A DNA stretch of 64,000 nucleotides from an uncultured virus (IMG/VR IMGVR_UViG_3300002161_000006) (lineage: Duplodnaviria; Heunggongvirae; Uroviricota; Caudoviricetes), in IMG/VR virus record IMGVR_UViG_3300002161_000006, positions 1 to 64,000 of that record; one strand, written 5' to 3'. Below the pieces are notes generated by a model. It saw nothing but the letters and a program-made list of their open reading frames with translations. It was not told the origin of the DNA and ran no database searches. Positions 1 to 7,941 of this stretch are shown here, piece after piece (within the stretch, counting starts at the first letter, position 1; every line of letters starts with the position of its first letter). A program made the translations under genes and the position numbers.

Positions 1-98
1 AACTCGGCGTACTTTTCCAACACTAACTCCAAAAGGATACCTTCTTGTTCAAAGGCATGTTTGGCACCTTTAGCCAGTTCTTGTATTCGTTCGTTCAT
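1..98 (-). CDS. partial small protein, MNERI/FAELIV paralog family (runs off window)
   Basis: ATG at 98 overlaps stop of 95..277; encodes MNERIQELAKGAKHAFEQEGILLELVLEKYAE, identical to the N-half of 686..925. Confidence 0.8.
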   Translation of the reverse strand, partial: MNERIQELAKGAKHAFEQEGILLELVLEKYAE

Positions 99-101
99 TT
101 T
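1..101. repeat. exact direct repeat, copy 1 (copy 2 at 828..928)
   Basis: 101 bp identical by direct comparison. Confidence 0.95.
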
Positions 102-277
102 TCAACTCCAAAATGTTCTTTAATCATGTCACCAGTGCCAGCACAATTACCTGTTGCAATAATACATTCCCGCACGATCAATTCGGCAAACTCATCAGCA
201 ACATCTTGCCAGTTCATTGGTGTTTTTGTGTGCTTAACAACACACTGGGCCCAAAGTTCTCGGATAGGATCGTTCAT
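95..277 (-). CDS. small protein, MNERI/FAELIV paralog family
   Basis: FAELIVREC and HFGVEK motifs; ATGA coupling. Confidence 0.85.
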   Translation of the reverse strand: MNDPIRELWAQCVVKHTKTPMNWQDVADEFAELIVRECIIATGNCAGTGDMIKEHFGVEK

Positions 278-510
278 TCTTCAACTCCGAAATGTCGTTT
301 GATCTTATTTCCGACATATACCAATGCCTCGTTGAAGCCTTCATAATATTCGCTTTTGGTGTTGGTATATTGACTATTAACAGACAACTCAGCACATTCT
401 TTCACAATTAGTTCGGCGAACTTTTCTAAATCTTGCTCAATACCAAATCGTACCATTGATACCGCATCAAAACCAGCCTGTAGAGCAAGGTCTTTAATTC
501 GTTCGTTCAT
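274..510 (-). CDS. small protein, MNERI/FAELIV paralog family
   Basis: MNERIKDLA...EKFAELIVKEC...HFGVEE. Confidence 0.85.
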   Translation of the reverse strand: MNERIKDLALQAGFDAVSMVRFGIEQDLEKFAELIVKECAELSVNSQYTNTKSEYYEGFNEALVYVGNKIKRHFGVEE

Positions 511-689
511 TCTTCATCTCCGAAATAACTATCAAAACATTTTTCGCACGTTCCGGAGATTGCTACTTCTGCATGTCCCTCTTTTGTGAAGATATTCACA
601 CCAAACTTGAACGGCTGCTTACAATCAATACACCTAGCGGTGTCCTTGTCAACCCATTCTCTACCTACTAGGCGTTGTTCAGTTGTCAT
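507..689 (-). CDS. small putative zinc-finger protein
   Basis: CIDC and CEKC pairs; coupled to neighbours by ATGA overlaps. Confidence 0.7.
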   Translation of the reverse strand: MTTEQRLVGREWVDKDTARCIDCKQPFKFGVNIFTKEGHAEVAISGTCEKCFDSYFGDEE

Positions 690-925
690 TGTTTAACTCC
701 AAAATGTTTTTTAATCACTGTTGAACCTGTTAGTAATGCTTTGTTATATCCGTTGTCAAAATCTTCAACTGATTCAAATACAGGGACAGTAATACTTTCT
801 AAAGTCAATGCACATTCTCTAACAATCAACTCGGCGTACTTTTCCAACACTAACTCCAAAAGGATACCTTCTTGTTCAAAGGCATGTTTGGCACCTTTAG
901 CCAGTTCTTGTATTCGTTCGTTCAT
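686..925 (-). CDS. small protein, MNERI/FAELIV paralog family
   Basis: MNERIQELA...EKYAELIVREC...HFGVKQ. Confidence 0.85.
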   Translation of the reverse strand: MNERIQELAKGAKHAFEQEGILLELVLEKYAELIVRECALTLESITVPVFESVEDFDNGYNKALLTGSTVIKKHFGVKQ

Positions 926-928
926 TTT
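828..928. repeat. exact direct repeat, copy 2 (copy 1 at 1..101)
   Basis: 101 bp identical. Confidence 0.95.
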
Positions 929-1095
929 CTATTCATCCATCCGATAATGAAAAATATTGGCATCGCTGGCAACATAATAGGATAGTCATACCATTTGCTC
1001 TTTCGGAATTTATATCCCATAATATTCAGGAAAAACACAACTCCTGCGATAGTCCACAGAATGTAAATTGCTATACAAATCAGAAATGTCGTCAT
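922..1095 (-). CDS. 57-aa membrane protein (not in ORF track)
   Basis: MTTFLICIAIYILWTIAGVVFFLNIMGYKFRKSKWYDYPIMLPAMPIFFIIGWMNRK; ATGA overlaps at both ends. Confidence 0.75.
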   Translation of the reverse strand: MTTFLICIAIYILWTIAGVVFFLNIMGYKFRKSKWYDYPIMLPAMPIFFIIGWMNRK

Positions 1096-1322
1096 TCTTC
1101 AACTCCGAAATGTTTGCGGATGTTTTCAATGGACTTATCTACAGCCCAGACAACATCGTCGTTTTCACAATTGCTCACACCGATCATGGCAATTTGACTA
1201 ACACATTCCCGAATCAACAACTCGGCAAACTTCTCTAATTCTAGTCTACTAAAAGTCCAAGAATCGATTACTGGATAATCTCTCAGTACCTCGAGTGCGA
1301 TATCATATACGCGTTCATTCAT
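1092..1322 (-). CDS. small protein, MNERI/FAELIV paralog family
   Basis: MNERVYDIA...EKFAELLIREC...HFGVEE; GAGGAG RBS. Confidence 0.85.
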   Translation of the reverse strand: MNERVYDIALEVLRDYPVIDSWTFSRLELEKFAELLIRECVSQIAMIGVSNCENDDVVWAVDKSIENIRKHFGVEE

Positions 1323-1333
1323 CTAGATGCTCC

Positions 1334-1444
1334 TCAATTAAAAACCGTCACCAGCACCAAAAGAAGTACAGACATAGGCACATAGAGAATGTAGCACATC
1401 CAGAATAAACCTTCAATTAATGCATCAAACATATCACGCATCAT
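1334..1444 (-). CDS. 36-aa hydrophobic peptide
   Basis: MMRDMFDALIEGLFWMCYILYVPMSVLLLVLVTVFN; AGGAG RBS. Confidence 0.6.
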   Translation of the reverse strand: MMRDMFDALIEGLFWMCYILYVPMSVLLLVLVTVFN

Positions 1445-1471
1445 GCGCTCCTATTTTGTTATAACTATTGG

Positions 1472-1738
1472 TCAAGCAAAGTCTTTACGATTGTGACGCT
1501 CGCGAGCAGAACTAGCGAAATTGCTGATGTTGCCACACTTGTCTTCCCAACGAAGCAGACTACGAGCAGTCCAACCAATGTCTATCTTGCTTTCGCAGAC
1601 AGCCTCTTGGTTCACAACACCATTGAGAAAGATACGCACATGATATCGACCGTTGATGCAGCGAACAGTAACTTCATGCTCGCACTCGCCTACGATGCAA
1701 CGCTGGATTTGGATAAGTTGAGTATAGCGGTCTTTCAT
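1472..1738 (-). CDS. hypothetical protein
   Basis: 88-aa ORF with GAGGAG RBS. Confidence 0.75.
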   Translation of the reverse strand: MKDRYTQLIQIQRCIVGECEHEVTVRCINGRYHVRIFLNGVVNQEAVCESKIDIGWTARSLLRWEDKCGNISNFASSARERHNRKDFA

Positions 1739-1774
1739 CTAGATGCTCCTCAAATAGTACGTTCGTGTGCTGGG

Positions 1775-1897
1775 TTATTGAAACAAGTACAGTATTCCAT
1801 AGAGCACCAGCAAGGGTCCATAGAGTGTAGCACACACAATGCCCAGTAGCAGAAGAAAGGAAGCAAAGAACTCAACAAACTCGCCAAGTTCGCTCAT
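1775..1897 (-). CDS. 40-aa hydrophobic peptide
   Basis: MSELGEFVEFFASFLLLLGIVCATLYGPLLVLYGILYLFQ; GAGGAG RBS. Confidence 0.65.
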   Translation of the reverse strand: MSELGEFVEFFASFLLLLGIVCATLYGPLLVLYGILYLFQ

Positions 1898-1907
1898 GCT
1901 ATTCTCC

Positions 1908-1985
1908 TCACTTACCCAGGTAGTGAACAATTACGGTGGGACCCACTAGGCATAGCATTGCTACGATACCAATCAGAATATCCAT
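1908..1985 (-). CDS. 25-aa hydrophobic peptide
   Basis: MDILIGIVAMLCLVGPTVIVHYLGK; GAGG upstream; fills the gap exactly. Confidence 0.5.
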   Translation of the reverse strand: MDILIGIVAMLCLVGPTVIVHYLGK

Positions 1986-1986
1986 G

Positions 1987-2184
1987 TTAACCCTCAATTC
2001 GTTGTTCAACCAGCTGCGCCATGTACAGAGTGTCCCGGTACCGAGCAACCCACGACTCTGAACTCATCGCATTTTCAAAGCTTTTTATCGCTTCTTGCTT
2101 AGTGCGATAAGAACCGAGCAGGAAGGGACCCTGCTCGTCTCTGCCACCTACCACATAGCCATGATCCCAGTTCTTCATGTTCAA
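1987..2184 (-). CDS. hypothetical protein
   Basis: ORF in co-directional gene string. Confidence 0.7.
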   Translation of the reverse strand: MNMKNWDHGYVVGGRDEQGPFLLGSYRTKQEAIKSFENAMSSESWVARYRDTLYMAQLVEQRIEG

Positions 2185-2504
2185 GCCTCCACAGTCAGCA
2201 CCGGAGCTGGATCAGTAATACGGCCTTCGTACTCCAGCTGGCTCTTCTCGTACCAGGTCAGGAAGTCGTCTGCCACAACCTTGTAGGAAACGATGTACTC
2301 GCGATACCCCTCGTTGTTGCACTCAATTTGGCCACGCACACGGTCCACGATCACCTCGATCATGTCGCACTCGTCCACGTTCTTGACCACGTAGTCGCTG
2401 CCGCCCTTGGCCTTCCAGTAGGCATCAGCACCAGTACCCAGCGAACCATCTTCGCGCCAGGCGTAGTTTTCGAAACATTGAGTAGTGATCAGAAGTTTGG
2501 TCAT
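2181..2504 (-). CDS. hypothetical early protein
   Basis: start placed at MTKLL after AAGGAGG RBS; first gene after early promoter; GC-rich codons. Confidence 0.75.
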   Translation of the reverse strand: MTKLLITTQCFENYAWREDGSLGTGADAYWKAKGGSDYVVKNVDECDMIEVIVDRVRGQIECNNEGYREYIVSYKVVADDFLTWYEKSQLEYEGRITDPAPVLTVEA

Positions 2505-2547
2505 CGTTTCCTCCTTATCCCTAAGTGTTAATTTAAACAATGAGACT

Positions 2548-2576
2548 ATTATACATCAACCAATAATCTTGTACAC
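2548..2576 (-). promoter_or_regulatory. T4-early-like sigma70 promoter
   Basis: GTGTAC-17 bp-TATAAT; near-identical copy at 9618..9646. Confidence 0.8.
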
Positions 2577-2594
2577 TACTATTTTGTAACAAGC

Positions 2595-2625
2595 AAAAAC
2601 CTGTAACTAAAGTTACAGGTTTTTT
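2595..2625. terminator. intrinsic terminator-like hairpin
   Basis: aaaaacctgtaact-aa-agttacaggttttt inverted repeat giving a U-tract on either strand. Confidence 0.7.
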
Positions 2626-2650
2626 GAAACTATTTTACAGGTTACTAACT

Positions 2651-2836
2651 TTAATCGTCAATCCATTCGTGCTTATATTTCTTCCAGCACTGAATAGCCT
2701 TTTTTAGATTATCCATCTGTTCTAGACGAATATGATCCATGATTCCCCATTCATGATATGTGTTTGTCATCTTCCAAAGACGATCATGTCTCTCTTGTAG
2801 AGTTGCAATAACAACATCGTATTTTTCTTCAGTCAT
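2651..2836 (-). CDS. hypothetical protein
   Basis: 61-aa ORF, ATGA overlap. Confidence 0.7.
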   Translation of the reverse strand: MTEEKYDVVIATLQERHDRLWKMTNTYHEWGIMDHIRLEQMDNLKKAIQCWKKYKHEWIDD

Positions 2837-3111
2837 TGTTTACACCTTGCGCGGATAGCGGCTGCGCAGACGGAGATCTGCCATGCAGCACTGCGCAGAC
2901 TGATTGTTTCATCCGTATCTGCGCCGTCACATGCCTGTTCATTTTTCATTGCTTTGGCATCGCACACCTTCGCACACGCCTCACGCTCGGCAGCGGCAAC
3001 AAGTTCAGCAAAGCGCGCGAACACGGGGTAGAGATCGCGCTCTACCCACGCGACGTGTTCAAACATGGCCCCAGCCTCCTGCGCCATATGCATGATGTCG
3101 TCTCTGGTCAT
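2833..3111 (-). CDS. small phage protein (FAELVAAAEREACA type), distant relative of the MNERI family
   Basis: MTRDDI..MA.EAG...RFAELVAAAEREACAKVC...AAAIRAR; GC-rich. Confidence 0.8.
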   Translation of the reverse strand: MTRDDIMHMAQEAGAMFEHVAWVERDLYPVFARFAELVAAAEREACAKVCDAKAMKNEQACDGADTDETISLRSAAWQISVCAAAIRARCKQ

Positions 3112-3623
3112 GCTAACTCCTCATTTGGAAATTCTTTAGTTGGTCGAAACATATACTCCGACTTCTCAGGAATAACATATGGAAAAGTTACAGGAACTCT
3201 GGACTCATATGATGTGAAATGGGATTTAAACGGCTTACCGTCATTAATACTTGGAACTGATACCCATTCCCAGAACACTTTGCCATCGATATTGTATGCA
3301 CCATTGTTATCTTTGAAGACACTGCCGCAACGCTTGTTCTGAAACAGAGGACCTCCATCAGTGCCATAGGATCTGCTAATATCAACCCACTCCTGGTCTT
3401 CACCAGTTAATGGTGTAACTGGCTTGAATCTTGCAAGCGTATCAAACAAATTAAGCGTATATGGCGCAGTAGTTCCAGAGTGCCCTTCATCACTGAATGT
3501 CTCTAGCAACTTTAGAACGTGATTGCAAATTTGTTCTTGCATTTCGTCGGAGAACTTGCCGTTCTCATCCATCCAGCCAGCGGCCCTAAACTCATTCTTT
3601 GCGTAAAATTCGTAGTTGCTCAT
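3108..3623 (-). CDS. hypothetical phage protein
   Basis: EGHSG and PLTGED motifs; start moved to MSNYE after GAGGG RBS. Confidence 0.8.
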   Translation of the reverse strand: MSNYEFYAKNEFRAAGWMDENGKFSDEMQEQICNHVLKLLETFSDEGHSGTTAPYTLNLFDTLARFKPVTPLTGEDQEWVDISRSYGTDGGPLFQNKRCGSVFKDNNGAYNIDGKVFWEWVSVPSINDGKPFKSHFTSYESRVPVTFPYVIPEKSEYMFRPTKEFPNEELA

Positions 3624-3692
3624 TCTAATCCCTCGTAAAACATTATGCGCCACATTTCTTTTACAATTTTAATCAAAAATCAACCTGCGCAA

Positions 3693-4031
3693 TTAATATT
3701 TTAAATGTAACCAACCAATATCCTTTTCCATTGGAGTTATAGTAACTTCTTTCTTTGAAGACTCAATCAAATTTGATAGAACACCCATTCCATAGACTGA
3801 GCATCCATACGCATTTTTGCTACACCCGTATGTTGAGCCTGACGCTCCACGAAAGTAGAAGCAATTTTCATCTTCAGAGACTGAAACAATTCCACTGTTC
3901 ATCTTCCAACTATCGCCTCCCGCAAACCCACCGACCCAAGTTGCAAAAACACGGTAGTGCTGTGGAAGCTCCTCTTTGATCGGTGTAATCTTTAAAACCA
4001 TCCACCTGTCTGGCATATAATCTTTGCTCAT
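3693..4031 (-). CDS. hypothetical phage protein
   Basis: PDRW..LKI, W.GG..GGDSW.MNSGI, F.G.SGS.Y.C pattern typical of a widespread phage family. Confidence 0.8.
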   Translation of the reverse strand: MSKDYMPDRWMVLKITPIKEELPQHYRVFATWVGGFAGGDSWKMNSGIVSVSEDENCFYFRGASGSTYGCSKNAYGCSVYGMGVLSNLIESSKKEVTITPMEKDIGWLHLKY

Positions 4032-4312
4032 GTACGTGCTCCAAATTGTTTTCTGATGATAGTGATCTGTTCATCAAGAATAGCATTTTTCTGATATAAT
4101 GAAGTTTGCCCTGAATATGTTCCACCGCTGTACGGATCATCTTTCTTACTTGTGTCTAAAACATTTATGCATTCATTCACAATTGATGTTGCAAAATCTT
4201 CAAGTGTCAACAGGGATTGGCCATGTCCTGAGAAAGATACAAATTCTCCATGCACGTCTTTTCCGAAGTAAAGCCCTGCTTGCTCTGCTAGACTTCTAAT
4301 TCGCTGATTCAT
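4028..4312 (-). CDS. small protein, MNERI/FAELIV paralog family
   Basis: MNQRIRSLAEQAG...EDFATSIVNEC...IRKQFG. Confidence 0.8.
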   Translation of the reverse strand: MNQRIRSLAEQAGLYFGKDVHGEFVSFSGHGQSLLTLEDFATSIVNECINVLDTSKKDDPYSGGTYSGQTSLYQKNAILDEQITIIRKQFGART

Positions 4313-4315
4313 TAT

Positions 4316-4672
4316 TTAATCCTCTAATTTTATAAATCGCTTAGTATTTGTTTTACGAGTTCCGCTCATCCACGGTTGAATAGACATGTTGTTCAAATAC
4401 ATCTCCATTGTAGGAATGAAACCAAGATCCTGCTGAATATGATCCTCTGCAATGTCTCTAGGAGAATATTCTCTACCATCTGAATTTATGCGCGTACGAC
4501 CAAAAACTTTTTCTACTAAAAAGCACCCAAATGCGGAGTGTAAAATAGCGCGGTGGCGGACATCAGCAACTGCTTGCTTCGTCGAATCGATAAAGTCGTC
4601 AATGTCGGCATAGTCATCTGGCTTTCCACCATACTTCTTAACATGAATCTTACTGTGTAGAAATGGCTTCAA
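4316..4672 (-). CDS. His-rich conserved protein (DUF6915-like)
   Basis: P..HS....KKYGG..DY..I..F.D...RHRA..HS.FG...E.H...DLG pattern. Confidence 0.7.
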   Translation of the reverse strand: MKPFLHSKIHVKKYGGKPDDYADIDDFIDSTKQAVADVRHRAILHSAFGCFLVEKVFGRTRINSDGREYSPRDIAEDHIQQDLGFIPTMEMYLNNMSIQPWMSGTRKTNTKRFIKLED

Positions 4673-4941
4673 GGAAGCCTCTTGACTATTGATACGACTT
4701 CACCGCTGTTGGCTTCATAACTCATGCACCCTCGCTCAAGACACGAATGGTCAATCATGAATTTATTTTCAATCGATGTCGCGCTCATTGACGCTCGAAG
4801 ATGTTCAATTTCTATAGCAGCCTCTTCAAGGAGGTCAGCAATTCGGTCAGGCTTACCCTCCTGCACGCTCTTCCTCGATGGGATTTGGCGCCTAATCTCA
4901 GCACGCTTTCTTAGCCGATAAACAACATCATTCTCATCCAT
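4669..4941 (-). CDS. hypothetical phage protein
   Basis: VYRLRKRAEIRRQI..RKSV...DRIADLLEEAA.EIE.LR. Confidence 0.8.
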   Translation of the reverse strand: MDENDVVYRLRKRAEIRRQIPSRKSVQEGKPDRIADLLEEAAIEIEHLRASMSATSIENKFMIDHSCLERGCMSYEANSGEVVSIVKRLP

Positions 4942-4942
4942 C

Positions 4943-5158
4943 TTATTCCTTTGACTCCATTGCCCAATGCACTACCTTCCAATCATCTAGACAGTCCTCA
5001 AAGCAGTAAATTGCATCAACATGGGTCTGACCATACTTTTCACACATCTTGCTATACCAGTAGGGCCAGTATTCTTTCCTCACATCTTCTTCAGACATTG
5101 TAACATATTCTGGGTCACCTGCATCATTTTTTGGTTGGACGAAGGTAAAGTATCTCAT
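4943..5158 (-). CDS. hypothetical protein
   Basis: Trp-rich ORF; start placed after GAGGGAG RBS. Confidence 0.7.
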   Translation of the reverse strand: MRYFTFVQPKNDAGDPEYVTMSEEDVRKEYWPYWYSKMCEKYGQTHVDAIYCFEDCLDDWKVVHWAMESKE

Positions 5159-5346
5159 CACCATTCTCCCTCTGCGCAAGACATCAGGTACCTATAAACC
5201 GCCTCTGGATCTTTCTCAAATACTTCTTCTGGCGTGCAGCCAAAAAATTTATTATGTCTATTCCACCAATCCACAGCAAGGTCAAGTCCTAGCATACCAA
5301 CTAGAAGAGCGTGGCACCTCCTATGAAGATTATCAGAGGATAGCAT
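5158..5346 (-). CDS. MbcA/ParS/Xre antitoxin C-terminal-domain-like protein
   Basis: A..WW...N..F.G.TP.E......E.V..YL pattern. Confidence 0.55.
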   Translation of the reverse strand: MLSSDNLHRRCHALLVGMLGLDLAVDWWNRHNKFFGCTPEEVFEKDPEAVYRYLMSCAEGEW

Positions 5347-5623
5347 CTTTAACTATTATCTTAGTTGGACAATCATCGCGTGGGCACACATAACCAATCA
5401 CCTCACCATTTGCGCCAATACCACAGACCGAGCACCCCTTATTCGCCCCAGGGACGTAAGGAGCACTTCGGTTTTCTCGTCCATTGTTCATTGCCTCAAG
5501 GTATCCACAATCATAGACGTTCGATAGCATCTGTGAAAATAAATCTGCAAAGTTTCTTGGCATACCTGCAGAGACAAGAGTGTCTACAGTATTTTCAATA
5601 ATTTGTTGCTTATATGTTTTCAA
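5333..5623 (-). CDS. hypothetical protein with C-terminal Cys cluster
   Basis: CSVC...CPRDDC. Confidence 0.7.
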   Translation of the reverse strand: MKTYKQQIIENTVDTLVSAGMPRNFADLFSQMLSNVYDCGYLEAMNNGRENRSAPYVPGANKGCSVCGIGANGEVIGYVCPRDDCPTKIIVKDAIL

Positions 5624-5844
5624 GAGACATACTCCTTGACATTCTGCAATTTAAAATGAGATGCAATTTTATTTGAAACCGAAGTATCATGTGTATCGGT
5701 AATTTTTATACATTCCTGAATAATTAGCCGTGCAAACTTGTCGCGGTCAAATCGGTGATGCGTGCTAGGAAAACCACCGAAGCCAAAGTCACTCGGTTCT
5801 TCAACCCAGCATTTTGAGGAAATTTGATAAATTAAATCGCTCAT
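5620..5844 (-). CDS. small protein, MNERI/FAELIV paralog family
   Basis: DKFARLIIQEC...IASHF. Confidence 0.75.
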   Translation of the reverse strand: MSDLIYQISSKCWVEEPSDFGFGGFPSTHHRFDRDKFARLIIQECIKITDTHDTSVSNKIASHFKLQNVKEYVS

Positions 5845-5847
5845 TTA

Positions 5848-6045
5848 TTACTCACTTTTAAAATGGTCTTTTAGACGTTGGGAATACTCACTTGCAGGTA
5901 CGCGCCGATCAACAAGGTCTTGAACAACTGCAGCACATTCTTTAACAGAAAGTGCAAACAGCCTATCGAATTTTTCTTCATGAAACCACACGTCATAGTC
6001 ACCAAATTCAGCCTCATCTAAAATGCTCTTAAGTCTGTGATTCAT
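5848..6045 (-). CDS. small protein, MNERI/FAELIV paralog family (divergent)
   Basis: MNHRLKSI...EKF...VKEC...LKDHF. Confidence 0.75.
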   Translation of the reverse strand: MNHRLKSILDEAEFGDYDVWFHEEKFDRLFALSVKECAAVVQDLVDRRVPASEYSQRLKDHFKSE

Positions 6046-6248
6046 CGCTTAACTCCGAATTTTTCTGCCATATACCAGCCAACGCTAATATCCCGATCGT
6101 AATCGGGATATCCCTGCTCCTTCAACTCTGCAATTTTAGCACATTCCTGAACAATCAACTCGGCGAACTTTTCTGGATTAAGGTAGGCAGGACCAACACC
6201 GTCTTCTTCCCAGCATTGATCAACTAGTTCTTTAATTCGTTCGTTCAT
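6042..6248 (-). CDS. small protein, MNERI/FAELIV paralog family
   Basis: MNERIKEL...EKFAELIVQEC...FGVKR. Confidence 0.85.
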   Translation of the reverse strand: MNERIKELVDQCWEEDGVGPAYLNPEKFAELIVQECAKIAELKEQGYPDYDRDISVGWYMAEKFGVKR

Positions 6249-6463
6249 TCCGAAACTCCGAAATGTTGTTCAATATAAGCACCAGCCATTAGTTGACCAG
6301 CATATAGTTCATTATTCGTACCGCGATTATAACATTGGTTCAAGCATTCTTTAATAATCAACTCAGCAAACTTTTCCGCAAACGAAACAGGATGTCCAAA
6401 GTCTGGACTTACCGCAGTTACTTCCCAAGCCTGTTCGGCAAGTTCTTTAACTCTCTCATTCAT
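6245..6463 (-). CDS. small protein, MNERI/FAELIV paralog family
   Basis: MNERVKELAEQA...EKFAELIIKEC...HFGVSE. Confidence 0.85.
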   Translation of the reverse strand: MNERVKELAEQAWEVTAVSPDFGHPVSFAEKFAELIIKECLNQCYNRGTNNELYAGQLMAGAYIEQHFGVSE

Positions 6464-6711
6464 TTTCCTGCTCCTTCAACTAGTGCCTGGAACTCATGCC
6501 AGTATTGAGGCATGCCCCAGGTTTCCTCTGTAGAGTTAGCCCACCTGTCAAATGTTCCATATCGCTCACTTACCTGGAATTGTCCATGCATATTCACCCG
6601 CCAATGTCGTCCATGACCCTTCCAGTTCAGACGACAGTTACGAAGCTTACGTCCTTCAGCGCGCAGCCCTGCCTTAGAAGCCCAATGGTGAATCTGCTTA
6701 GGCACTTTCAC
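6460..6711 (-). CDS. hypothetical protein
   Basis: 83-aa ORF, GTG start, coupled. Confidence 0.7.
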   Translation of the reverse strand: MKVPKQIHHWASKAGLRAEGRKLRNCRLNWKGHGRHWRVNMHGQFQVSERYGTFDRWANSTEETWGMPQYWHEFQALVEGAGK

Positions 6712-7069
6712 GGTTTAACCTTTTATAGTAGGGTTTTTCAAGCGAGTGCCAAAATAGATCAAAGTAGTCTTCAACTTGGTTGATATTATTAAACGAATTC
6801 ATGTCAATATTAAAGAATGGCTTGTCACTGCCAAGATTAAAATTTACTGTAGCCATAAACCCAAATTCTGGAAGGTTTAAGCGATAATCACTTGGATAAT
6901 TTTTACGATCATAGCAATATACAGTAATAAAATACCGAATACCAGCCTCATCATAAACTTCGCGCTGCACAATAAAATCAGCGTATTTATTTATCTCTTT
7001 GTTTGTCGATGAAAGAGGAAACTTTCGATACCCTCGGCTCAACCAATTTTCAACAGTTAGTTTATTCAT
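6698..7069 (-). CDS. hypothetical protein
   Basis: ORF, probable start MNKLT. Confidence 0.7.
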   Translation of the reverse strand: MNKLTVENWLSRGYRKFPLSSTNKEINKYADFIVQREVYDEAGIRYFITVYCYDRKNYPSDYRLNLPEFGFMATVNFNLGSDKPFFNIDMNSFNNINQVEDYFDLFWHSLEKPYYKRLNRESA

Positions 7070-7481
7070 TTTTGATGCTATCATATGATAGTCCGAGAGT
7101 CTTTAACATCTTCAGTTTAATAAGAAGGTTGGGCGATCTGAATTTTTCAGTATCGTAAAAACCTAGAATCGTTCCAATTTCGCATACTGCACCACTTCTG
7201 CAAACTCCAACCACGCAATGAACAACAACATTCATTCCAGAAGATAAAGCATGCGTCAGCAGTGAGCACAACTTCTCTATGTCCTCATCCTTCACCGAGT
7301 GCTTGCTAATTGGATCTTCTATGTCTAGAAATTTGAAGCCATGAATTTCTTTGAATGACTTAAGAGGCTTTGGAAATTCCATGTCAGGATCAACAATTTG
7401 AATAAGCATCGAATTTTCTCCAGCATCAAAGTGTTGACCCCTTTCTATGTCAGTCAGAGAAACATTTTCAATCCAAGGCAT
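7062..7481 (-). CDS. cysteine-based (dual-specificity/tyrosine) phosphatase-like protein
   Basis: VHCVVGVCRSG = HCX5R motif; upstream F.D acid loop. Confidence 0.85.
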   Translation of the reverse strand: MPWIENVSLTDIERGQHFDAGENSMLIQIVDPDMEFPKPLKSFKEIHGFKFLDIEDPISKHSVKDEDIEKLCSLLTHALSSGMNVVVHCVVGVCRSGAVCEIGTILGFYDTEKFRSPNLLIKLKMLKTLGLSYDSIKNE

Positions 7482-7538
7482 TTTAAATCTTCTTAGTATT
7501 TGTTACCACTCCAGAACACGTTACTTAGCAATAATCTT

Positions 7539-7931
7539 TCAGTCTTCTGGCTTTGTGTGCTCATCACAAGCAGTATATAACCATCCTTTTCCACGCATTT
7601 TTCCCGGATTACCACAGGTTTCACATATTCTTCCACTCAAGTCTTCTGCAAAAGAAATATAAGCATCAGTTATTTCATCACCACCGTCGACATAAAAGCG
7701 AAGAGTGCCAAACTTTTCCTTCACCTGTGCGCAGATAACTGGCTCAATCTTTTTCCATTCTACCCTGCGTTGAATCTTTTCACAGAGCATGTCAATTAGG
7801 TCAAACCACCCATCATTGCACTCAATGTAAAACATAGCGAGTGGTGTTTTGTCATTACTATCAGGATCTGCAATTCGCATGAAGATAGTTGGATACTTTT
7901 CTACGAGCAGTTTTGTTTTTTCTGGAGACAT
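7539..7931 (-). CDS. hypothetical phage protein with C-terminal Zn ribbon
   Basis: GWFDLI...QVKEKFG.LRFY...ICETCG.PG...CDEH. Confidence 0.8.
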   Translation of the reverse strand: MSPEKTKLLVEKYPTIFMRIADPDSNDKTPLAMFYIECNDGWFDLIDMLCEKIQRRVEWKKIEPVICAQVKEKFGTLRFYVDGGDEITDAYISFAEDLSGRICETCGNPGKMRGKGWLYTACDEHTKPED

Positions 7932-7941
7932 ACTATTTCAC

